Positions 50,989 through 60,867 of a stretch of DNA of 60,867 nt are shown here, piece after piece. The position numbers were made by a program, and so were the translations under genes. Below the pieces are notes generated by a model. It was given only the letters and a program-made list of their open reading frames with translations, made no database searches and had not been told where the DNA came from. The first letter of the stretch is position 1, and every line of letters starts with the position of its first letter. Source of the DNA: Octopus bimaculoides (Eukaryota); NCBI RefSeq assembly GCF_001194135.2, contig NC_068999.1:18045379-18106245 (forward strand), read 5' to 3'.

Positions 50989-51345
50989 TTAATTCACTCT
51001 TGACTATTTGCAATTTCCAATGCGATACATGCTGTTGCAGCAAGGTAACTGAGATAAATGAGATTTCTAAAGGCAGTATGAAGAGAATTGTTACTATATT
51101 GTAATATTAACTGAAAGACCTTCAATTATGTTATAGACATGGTTACAAAAAAAAAAAACAAAAAAAACAACGTAAAAGTAAATCGTAACAAATTATAACC
51201 TGATTTGCAAGTGCTTTCCACCTCGATGGATGATTTCCTTTATAGTAAATTTTTCTGTGGCCCTGAAAATGTTCATCGTTATTCACAATATAAGAAGAAT
51301 ACCATCTCTAACACTGCATGAATTAGTAAACGGCATATCGGTATG

Positions 51346-51401
<56 letters not shown>

Positions 51402-52113
51402 CGCGTATGTATGTATGTATGTATATATGTATGTATATACCAATGATGCTGCATATATTTGTAGACTACTGCTCTTACACTCCCATATATATNNNNNNNN
51501 NNNNNNNNNNNNNNNNNNNNNNNNNNNNNNNNNNNNNNNNNNNNNNNNNNNNNNNNNNNNNNNNNNNNNNNNNNNNNNNNNNNNNNNNNNNNNNNNNNNN
51601 NNNNNNNNNNNNNNNNNNNNNNNNNNNNNNNNNNNNNNNNNNNNNNNNNNNNNNNNNNNNNNNNNNNNNNNNNNNNNNNNNNNNNNNNNNNNNNNNNNNN
51701 NNNNNNNNNNNNNNNNNNNNNNNNNNNNNNNNNNNNNNNNNNNNNNNNNNNNNNNNNNNNNNNNNNNNNNNNNNNNNNNNNNNNNNNNNNNNNNNNNNNN
51801 NNNNNNNNNNNNNNNNNNNNNNNNNNNNNNNNNNNNNNNNNNNNNNNNNNNNNNNNNNNNNNNNNNNNNNNNNNNNNNNNNNNNNNNNNNNNNNNNNNNN
51901 NNNNNNNNNNNNNNNNNNNNNNNNNNNNNNNNNNNNNNNNNNNNNNNNNNNNNNNNNNNNNNNNNNNNNNNNNNNNNNNNNNNNNNNNNNNNNNNNNNNN
52001 NNNNNNNNNNNNNNNNNNNNNNNNNNNNNNNNNNNNNNNNNNNNNNNNNNNNNNNNNNNNNNNNNNNNNNNNNNNNNNNNNNNNNNNNNNNNNNNNNNNN
52101 NNNNNNNNNNNNN

Positions 52114-52157
<44 letters not shown>

Positions 52158-52944
52158 CTGAAGAAATAGTCACCGAGAACATGTTTCGATACAACATAGA
52201 TCCAAATATACACAGGATGTAACGAGCCAGCCGTATGAGTTAGGCTCGATGTCAAACGTTTACTAACGGGGACGGCGATTGTATATCAGCTGAGGAGATA
52301 CAACTGGATCCCATTATACAAATAAACCGTTTCTTAATTTAAATCATGTGTATATGTGTATCTATGTTATACGAAACATGTGTAGTGCTTATTAAATAGC
52401 TATCTAAGCGTACTCCTTGCTGAATCAATTTTCTCAATTTTACTTTTAGACTTGATGAACAATTAAAACTAGACTTGGAAGTATATTATAATACTACCGC
52501 TATTTGGTAATTCTAAAGAGGAACCAGCTTTATTTTATGCACTACTATGTTCCAGATGGAATACAAATTAAATATAAGTAAAAACGGTAATAACTTCCAT
52601 AAATCTTGGAATTGATTTATTTGTTTAAAGAATAATATTGGTAAAAGTATTTTAGTAACAACCCATACATACCCACATGAGTTAATATCTACACATACTT
52701 AGGCAGAATCCGCCAGTATATGAACGCACGGGCGCTTACATACATTCACACACGCACACATGCGTATGAGTGTGTCTGTGCATATATAGTATCGATAGAG
52801 AACAGAATCGGCTGTCAATAAGTTTTGTTGAAGAGTAAATATATACTGAGCAAAAAGTATGGGGTGATGCTTTAATATATTTTTTCATTATAACTTGGTA
52901 TAAGAAAGCGAACGTGAGAATAGTTGTAGAAAATATTGTTTGCC

Positions 52945-53180
52945 AACATAACATGGCAGTCCTGGTTTAGGACTAATGTTGCTGTAATTTAGCCCCAGGA
53001 GACATCGTCTCCAGCTGCATATACGACATGATCTGTGTCCTTATATTTCCGAACAAGGGAATCTAGCACCCCTACTCAGTTCAAAACAATATCTCTGTAT
53101 CGCGATTTCTGGGTTATTTCTCTTCATCAGCACAGAATTTAAATGCTCACCTAGAGGTGGCGCTGCCAAATTCCAGTTCG
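52945..53180. mobile_element. Retroposon-derived repeat fragments, including a minus-strand hammerhead-like motif (53092-53136)
   Basis: Reverse complement tctgtg-CTGATGA-agagaaataaccca-GAAAT-CGCG-ATA-cagaga. Confidence 0.45.
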
Positions 53181-53284
53181 AAATATATAATTTTGAAAGT
53201 AACAACTAGTCACTGATTTATAAATTAGAAAATTACTATTTTTAAATCTCACAATAGTTGTTTATATTTATATGCATATATATG

Positions 53285-53530
53285 AAGGCGTGTTGCCCAT
53301 GCGGTTAGTGTATTGCACTCACGTTTAATAGAGCATGGGTTCTCTTCCCGGACTGCGCAGCGCGTTGTGTTTTCCAGTAAAACACTTCATTTGATATTGC
53401 CCCAGTCCACTCGACTTCAAAATGTGTAACACTGTTGTGAAATATCTTTGCCGTGAGGAGAGGAAATTTGACCTGCCCCTTAGCCAGCAGGGGCCTTGTC
53501 TCTCAACAACTAAAGAGATTTGAATTGCAT
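53285..53530 (+). mobile_element. tRNA-head SINE with CORE-like middle
   Basis: ggcgtgttgccc..gcggttagtgt head, gcgcgttgtgttttccagtaaaacacttcattt..ccagtccactc body. Confidence 0.65.
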
Positions 53531-54118
53531 TGTGACTAACAACGTATAACAGCATCCGACACTGTGTTATACGTATATACCTATGCAAATATGCGTATAC
53601 ACTGTCCATATCCATCTATATGCCTTTGTATGAATTTATCTGTCCATGTTTGTATTTTTGTGCGCATACGTATTATAAAAGTACATTTTGGATGAGGTGT
53701 ATGAATAAATAATTCCATGGAATCCTTATCTCTCCCAAGGAAATAGGAAATTAAAGAACGGAATTGATATAATAAAATACAGGAAACACTTAAAGTCTTA
53801 TTGAATATACATGTACATTATATGTTTTATTAAATGAATGATGCCTGCGATCTCGTATATACTGCACATGTATGCATGGGATATGCTAGTGAGTGTTGGT
53901 ATTAATACACGAGACAAATTCAACCCATTTGTGTAGTCAGTTTCGATATGCGTGTTTAGATAGAATATATGATTCTCAAATATACAGTCTTCCAGTCGTA
54001 TGTATATGCATATTGCTATGGCCATTCTACTGTAGAAAACTCTCTATTCACCAATGTATCTATGCTCACTCGCTTCGCACATAGGCACACGTTTATCTCT
54101 AGTTCTCTCTTTCTTTCT

Positions 54119-54183
<65 letters not shown>

Positions 54184-54204
54184 ATATATATATATATATA
54201 TATA

Positions 54205-54395
54205 CTGACCAAAACATTCAATTTTTTTCTCCGTGTTTTTCTCCTTGTTTTCTCCGTATTCTTTCTGTTGAAGAGCGTAGCTCGAAACGTTAAATACTTT
54301 CTCTATTCCCGAGCGTTAAACAAATACATCCTTTTGTTGTCTGCACCACCTGTCCTCGTCTGTTGTTGTTCTTTTCGTAAATTCTCCCATATATA
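54205..54395 (+). mobile_element. Short repeat (PLE terminal repeat-like) carrying a minimal hammerhead-like motif (54260-54296)
   Basis: tcttt-CTGTTGA-a-gagc(gta)gctc-GAAAC-GTT-aaata. A 3' portion recurs at 18040-18100. Confidence 0.55.
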
Positions 54396-55599
54396 TNNNN
54401 NNNNNNNNNNNNNNNNNNNNNNNNNNNNNNNNNNNNNNNNNNNNNNNNNNNNNNNNNNNNNNNNNNNNNNNNNNNNNNNNNNNNNNNNNNNNNNNNNNNN
54501 NNNNNNNNNTATATATATAACGTTTGCGTTTACGCGAGTGTGCGTGTATAAGTGAGACAGTGATGTAAATATATACACACACAGAGACACACACATATAT
54601 ATATATATATATATGGATAGATACTCGTTTCATCTAACGGGCTGTTTCGTTTGCTAACGAAAGGTTGTCTTGACAAGTTCATTGATTTTCTGTTAATGAC
54701 ACAGAGTCATATCCTTGTGCAAGTATCAAGTAGCAGATTAGAAATTGCTCCTTATATTTAACTTTTAATGGTCAACTACTTAACATTCGTTCATTGGATC
54801 TACCTAGGTCGAACTTTTCTTTAAGACGTGAAGACTTGCCCGTTATTCTTAATTTTAAATGGAATTATAAAAAATATAAATGTGCAGTAGTCATTATTGT
54901 CATTGTCATTTTCAAATATATAGGTAACACATGAATGAAGAGAGAGAGCGAGAGAGAGAGAGAGAGGGAGAGAGGCGGGGAGAGAGAAACACAGAGGAAG
55001 ATATTTGTTAGATTTGCTTGTCATTTTTTATAAATGGTTGTGCATATTCAAATTATATTCAGGACAATTAAAATTGATATCTTACATACGATTGGTACTA
55101 TCTTTTCTCCCTCTGTTCTTCGGAGTCATATTTAAAGCTGTATGAAAATATATATGTATTATATGGTATATGGCTTAGTCAATTGTGGAATAAAGATACT
55201 TCGACATTTGTCTTGTTAACGCTATACAAGTAAAAGACTACCTAGTTTTCTTTTAATTAATATGGCATCACTTTGGTGGGGAATATAAATTTTGGATATT
55301 ATCACCCCTTCTTACAGAAAGCCGGGACATAATTTTCATTTGGTAATTATGACAAATTTTCTAGACTGATCTCTAATATTATACGAAGTTTTTTTCTTAT
55401 TTTACATAATTATATATACAATAACACACACACACACACACACAAAGACACGTACGTACGCGTGCACGCGCGTGTACAAACATTTTTCGCGTATATTCTA
55501 ACGGTGATTTACTGCGATTTCTTGACTTATATGCGTTGCCATTACACATGTACATACGTACACATTTACATACATACATATAACATACCTGCATACATA

Positions 55600-55637
<38 letters not shown>

Positions 55638-55649
55638 TATACACATACA

Positions 55650-55804
55650 TAGGCGCATGAGTGGCTGTGTGGTAAGAAACTTGCTCTCAATGACATGGAT
55701 CCAGGTTCAGTCCACTGCGTGGCACATTGGGTGAGTGTCTTCTACTACAGCCTCCCTCCGACCAAAGCATTTTGAGTGGATTTGGTAGAGAGAAACTGAA
55801 GGAA
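55650..55804 (+). mobile_element. SINE 5' half
   Basis: gagtggctgtgtggtaag..caggttcagtcc..gtgtcttctacta..gtggatttggtag..aaactgaa, homologous to 31167. Confidence 0.85.
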
Positions 55805-56001
55805 NNNNNNNNNNTACATATATATATATGTATATATATATACATATATATATACATATATATCTAGTAAGATAGAGATATATACATACATATACATACA
55901 TACACTCATACACAAGCATATACTTACATATAGACACATTCGCACACACACACACACACACACGCCCACACATATACACACACACACATATATATATATA
56001 C

Positions 56002-56099
56002 AAGAGGAATAACCACCAAGGTGGATTTCTATTATCCTACGATAAGAGGATTTGCGTCTTCTAGCATATTTGGAATCCACCTTGGCGGATATTCCTCTT
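56002..56099. repeat. 98-bp hairpin with 26-bp arms
   Basis: aagaggaataaccaccaaggtggatt and aatccaccttggcggatattcctctt pair with 2 mismatches. Confidence 0.9.
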
Positions 56100-57055
56100 A
56101 TTTTTATATGTGAAATAATTCAAAGTCTTCGGACGTTTATTAATTATGCTAGTCCACTGGTTTAAATTGATATTAATCAATGATATTAATTTCTACCCTT
56201 ATTATTTACCTTTGATATATATANNNNNNNNNNNNNNNNNNNNNNNNNNNNNNNNNNNNNNNNNNNNNNNNNNNNNNNNNNNNNNNNNNNNNNNNNNNNN
56301 NNNNNNNNNNNNNNNNNNNNNNNNNNNNNNNNNNNNNNNNNNNNNNNNNNNNNNNNNNNNNNNNNNNNNNNNNNNNNNNNNNNNNNNNNNNNNNNNNNNN
56401 NNNNNNNNNNNNNNNNNNNNNNNNNNNNNNNNNNNNNNNNNNNNNNNNNNNNNNNNNNNNNNNNNNNNNNNNNNNNNNNNNNNNNNNNNNNNNNNNNNNN
56501 NNNNNNNNNNNNNNNNNNNNNNNNNNNNNNNNNNNNNNNNNNNNNNNNNNNNNNNNNNNNNNNNNNNNNNNNNNNNNNNNNNNNNNNNNNNNNNNNNNNN
56601 NNNNNNNNNNNNNNNNNNNNNNNNNNNNNNNNNNNNNNNNNNNNNNNNNNNNNNNNNNNNNNNNNNNNNNNNNNNNNNNNNNNNNNNNNNNNNNNNNNNN
56701 NNNNNNNNNNNNNNNNNNNNNNNNNNNNNNNNNNNNNNNNNNNNNNNNNNNNNNNNNNNNNNNNNNNNNNNNNNNNNNNNNNNNNNNNNNNNNNNNNNNN
56801 NNNNNNNNNNNNNNNNNNNNNNNNNNNNNNNNNNNNNNNNNNNNNNNNNNNNNNNNNNNNNNNNNNNNNNNNNNNNNNNNNNNNNNNNNNNNNNNNNNNN
56901 NNNNNNNNNNNNNNNNNNNNNNNNNNNNNNNNNNNNNNNNNNNNNNNNNNNNNNNNNNNNNNNNNNNNNNNNNNNNNNNNNNNNNNNNNNNNNNNNNNNN
57001 NNNNNNNNNNNNNNNNNNNNNNNNNNNNNNNNNNNNNNNNNNNNNNNNCACACAC

Positions 57056-57086
<31 letters not shown>

Positions 57087-57970
57087 TATATATGCATGTA
57101 TAGAAACATTTATGCACATATATAGGTGACATTGTATACATACATATATGCACCTACATACATACAGTCTACTTAATGTCTGTTACGATAAAACTAACGT
57201 CACTAAAATGTTGATGTTCTATAGCCGATAACCTATTAAAAATGCACATTTATGTGTAATTAAATATAATTCCGTAGAAAACTGACAAACCGCCATATAA
57301 AATGAAGCATGGAAACAAACAACAATGTTGTCTCTAGGGATAATGAGATGTTGTCTAATTGTTTTTTTTTTTTCAAAAATAACATAGTAAATAATATTAT
57401 TTTATTTAAAGATAACTTGCGTAACTTCGTTAATGATAGTTAAAATTTGTATTTTGCTATGGAAAAACAGGTGAATTTGCACATTTTCATTGACTTTGAA
57501 TCAGCATATAATCAGTTGCTTAATGAAGTCTTATATATACTTTTGTCACGTTATATAAAATCCATCAGGCAATTTCAGAATTGTTTTCTTTTTGGATATA
57601 TGGCTGTGCGTATCAATTCATTTTATGCATCAAACCATTAATATACATTCCCTCAGTGGTATCATCATTACGCTATGTATTCCCGTTAGTTGTGAAAAAC
57701 TGCACTTAAATATCATTCAATAAATTTTATGTAAAAAAATAAATATAAAATCTTCTGATTTTTTGTTTCATCGTCCCTTACACATTGCTGTTCATGATAA
57801 ACATTAGCTATCAAGATGATATCCTGGATTAACGTTATTTAAGAGCTTATTGAAAAGTGTACTAAAGGCTGTATCATTCGCCATCTAAAATTGAAGTCAC
57901 AAATTATTGAATGAATAGAATGCATTGAAAAAAAGAAGACATTCCTATAATTAAGACATAACAGACACAC

Positions 57971-58024
<54 letters not shown>

Positions 58025-58061
58025 NNNNNNNNNNTGTGTGTGTGTGTGTGTATGTGTATGT

Positions 58062-58099
<38 letters not shown>

Positions 58100-58102
<3 letters not shown>

Positions 58103-58640
58103 TTGTACAAATTGTTATTCTTTAATTCTTTTGTTCTTTCTTTCTTTTTTCGGCCCATTCACACTTACTTCGTTCTTTCCACTCTTCTTTCTTTCGCTTC
58201 CTCTCTCACATTTTCTAGCCTTCCCTTCATTTTCTCCTTCCCTCCTCTTTCATTTTACCCTGTGCCTTTTCTTATCTTCTCGTCCCTCCCTAATTATTCT
58301 ATCCCCCTGCTTCTACCTCTCAACTCTCCTTCCACGGGACAAGTGTTCGGCCAGGACCTACCTTTCTTTCTTGGTTTGACTACCATCCGTGCAACATTCA
58401 TAGTCCTTCCCATGCGTGTCACCTCTTCTGTCACTGCCGAAAGGCTTCACTTCCACACATCCCATCTTGATTTAATTCGTCCTTAGTCGAATGACACTTG
58501 TTGTTAATGTCCTGTTGTTTAAATTTGTATTTGCGTACCGTTTCTCCGTTTATTTCTGTCTGTCCTTGTTTTCGTATACATTCGCTGCTTTCGTCCTAGG
58601 AATCTGCTGCTCTTAGCTTAGATTCTGCTCAATCGTCATA
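58100..58640. mobile_element. Pyrimidine-rich interspersed repeat, probably retroposon-derived
   Basis: GC-richer block resembling a recalled abundant octopus repeat (ttggtttgac..cacttccacacatcccatctt..tacattcgctgcttt). The family is uncertain. Confidence 0.45.
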
Positions 58641-59079
58641 CGGGATCTACTATATGATAATGGGTTAAAGAGTTGCACAAACATTATATTATGTTTGAAA
58701 TTGGGTGACTAAATACGTATCCTAGCATATGAGAGTATGTTCTTTGCTATTTAAAACGTTATTTTCAAATACAGTGCATCCTTTTAAGCAGGAATTAAAG
58801 ATTTAGTAGATAGATATGATTATTAATCTTTGTTTGACATAATGTAAAATAGAAAATTTAGTATGACAAGTGTAGCGTATTCAATATATACACAGCATAT
58901 ATACGCACGTATATATATATCCATTTCTAGCATGTAAGAAGTCCTGTCATAGACCTTCTCTCTGTTTATACGTCTTCATACGCTCTTATGTATAAAATAT
59001 GGTGTCTTATGAATTTTATTACGCAATGCGAACCACTGGCAATAGATTATTCTAATTTTTTCCCCTATAATTTACACAG

Positions 59080-59139
59080 TATACTTTTCAGAATTCTGAA
59101 GCCATATATTCCGCAGTTTAACTTTACTGTTTGCTGCTG
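59080..59139 (+). CDS. Candidate short exon (60 nt; YTFQNSEAIYSAVNFTVCCW or ILFRILKPYIPQLTLLFAAG)
   Basis: Acceptor tttttcccctataatttacacag| (alternative ttttcag| at 59092), donor TGG|gtatgt, and two open frames. Confidence 0.3.
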
Positions 59140-60183
59140 GGTATGTGACTGCGCGCTAGATTTGAATCCATGATGTATAAAGAAGCAGGTCGCACGTGTT
59201 TTTTCGGTACGTATTAAGCTACATAATTATGCATTGTTTTAGCGATCACACTGATGAACTCCGAATGACAAATTAATTTATTTGTTCATTAATAGGGAAC
59301 CCCGAGTATGAGATTAACTAATTATAATTTTCTTCATTCTAGTACAATTATAGGGTGCCTTTAGAATGTTCGTGCTTCGGGTTTAACTGCCCTTTTAGCA
59401 TGTACAAATTCCTGTCAAAGGTCTTATCTCTGTATATAAATCGTTAAATAGTTTTATATATGAAATGACATATATAAACTATTGTAGAAATACTTAAAAA
59501 GAGAAACACGCACTTTCAAAACAAACATTCGCATATACATTAGCGTGTGTGTAGTTCTATATATATGATATTTCCATGTATTTATACGCATATGTTTCTT
59601 AGTTATTAGGTAACGGGTTTTGATATTATTGAAAAATCTACATCACACATTGCGAACGTTTATTATAAAAATGTGACTACACAATATATTGAGATTTTAT
59701 GATGATATGTTTTAACTATGTATTTTATAATATCTAACTCGCTTAGTCAACTCAAATGCTGAATTATTCAGTAGATACATAAAGAAATACACAGGGCAGA
59801 AAACTAAAGCAAAGAAAACGTTACATAATAGAATATGTTGAATTGAGACAGAAATAATGCATGAATGTTAGTCTATGGAAACAATCGCAATATTGTTTAT
59901 TGTCAATTATTCTAATAAACTGGGAAGCCTAGTATCTTGCATTTAATTATGGTAATTATTTGTTTGCATCTTAATTAACACACTAATGATTTTTATTAGA
60001 ATGATAGAGAAACAAATTCCTTCAAATTTGAATACCTTTCCATGATGCATTCATTAACCTGTGTGAGTTGAATTATTTTAGTTTGCGTATGTGTTTGTTT
60101 CTTTAAGTATTTATACAATAATTCATATACATGTTTTGAGTTTAGAGTATTGACAGCGTGTGTGTGTATATGTCACTTTACAG

Positions 60184-60298
60184 AAGCTAGTTCGTGGTCC
60201 TAATAACCTTTGTGTGATTATGTTATTAATGTTTGCATTGTATTTCTTCTCGAAGTCAGACATTTTTTATGCTCTTCTTGAGATATCTGTAAATGAGT
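60184..60298 (+). CDS. Candidate exon encoding a hydrophobic segment (KLVRGPNNLCVIMLLMFALYFFSKSDIFYALLEISVNE)
   Basis: Acceptor cactttacag|, donor |gtatgt, only phase 0 is open. Confidence 0.2.
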
Positions 60299-60867
60299 GT
60301 ATGTACGTTTGAATTTATACAATTGACTACAGTATCAATCACAAACCCATGCATAAAAATCAACCATTAATATAAGATTTACATACTTATACATAGGCGT
60401 GGCGTAGAATTTCAATGTTTCTAATTGTCATGACGTACTATTCACATGTTTATTCTTATATTATCTACTGACGGCAACAAAAGTTAAATATTAGACTGGC
60501 TTTTCTTACGATGTAATATTTCTTATTAACGTTCTATTTGCATTCGGTTGTCTATTAGAAATATTTTCTCAGATCATTTTGAATTTAATTTTTGTTAGAT
60601 AACCTTGATAATGTGTTGATAACATATATTTTTGAAACTTGACTTTGTAATTTTTACGTGCATCTGTATCTATATATGGTGGCAAAATAAAAACGATTGT
60701 CAGCAACGTATGGCGTAATAACCAATGAAATATGTGACGCTCCCCATTCTTATTCTTGTCTTATACTCCGAATTTCATGAACTTCGTCTAAGAGATTCGT
60801 GGATGTGTCATACATGATGGAACGCCTTCAATGCTTATCCTACATCTATTATATATATTATATATAT

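Overview
AT-rich eukaryotic genomic DNA from a fragmented draft assembly, with about 18 N-gaps totalling roughly 5.5 kb, nearly all bordered by (TA)n, (CA)n or (GA)n microsatellites. The repeat landscape looks like a coleoid cephalopod, most likely Octopus; this is inferred from recall of the SINE and LINE families and not from a database hit. No intact long ORF, rRNA, tRNA or CRISPR array is visible, and most ORF-track entries are microsatellite or N artefacts. The identifiable content is decayed mobile DNA: two long and two short R4/Dong-like (RLE-type) non-LTR retrotransposon relics, two L1/Tx1-like relics, four Penelope-like (PLE) relics, a CR1-like 3' fragment, a Gypsy integrase/PPT/LTR fragment, many tRNA-derived SINEs, a MITE family and a Helitron/Helentron-like terminus. 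Observations beyond routine annotation: (i) five decayed hammerhead-ribozyme-like motifs, four in minimal type I layout and three next to PLE relics; (ii) several old long palindromes or inverted duplications, one carrying an unidentified decayed reading frame; (iii) a 116-codon unidentified frame whose only internal stops are TGA; (iv) phase-compatible short exon candidates that could be the 3' end of a host gene; (v) a young R4/Dong-like 3' end embedded in a (TAA)n array. I do not see a convincingly new biological system. These are leads of modest confidence, and element boundaries are approximate (about +/-30 bp).
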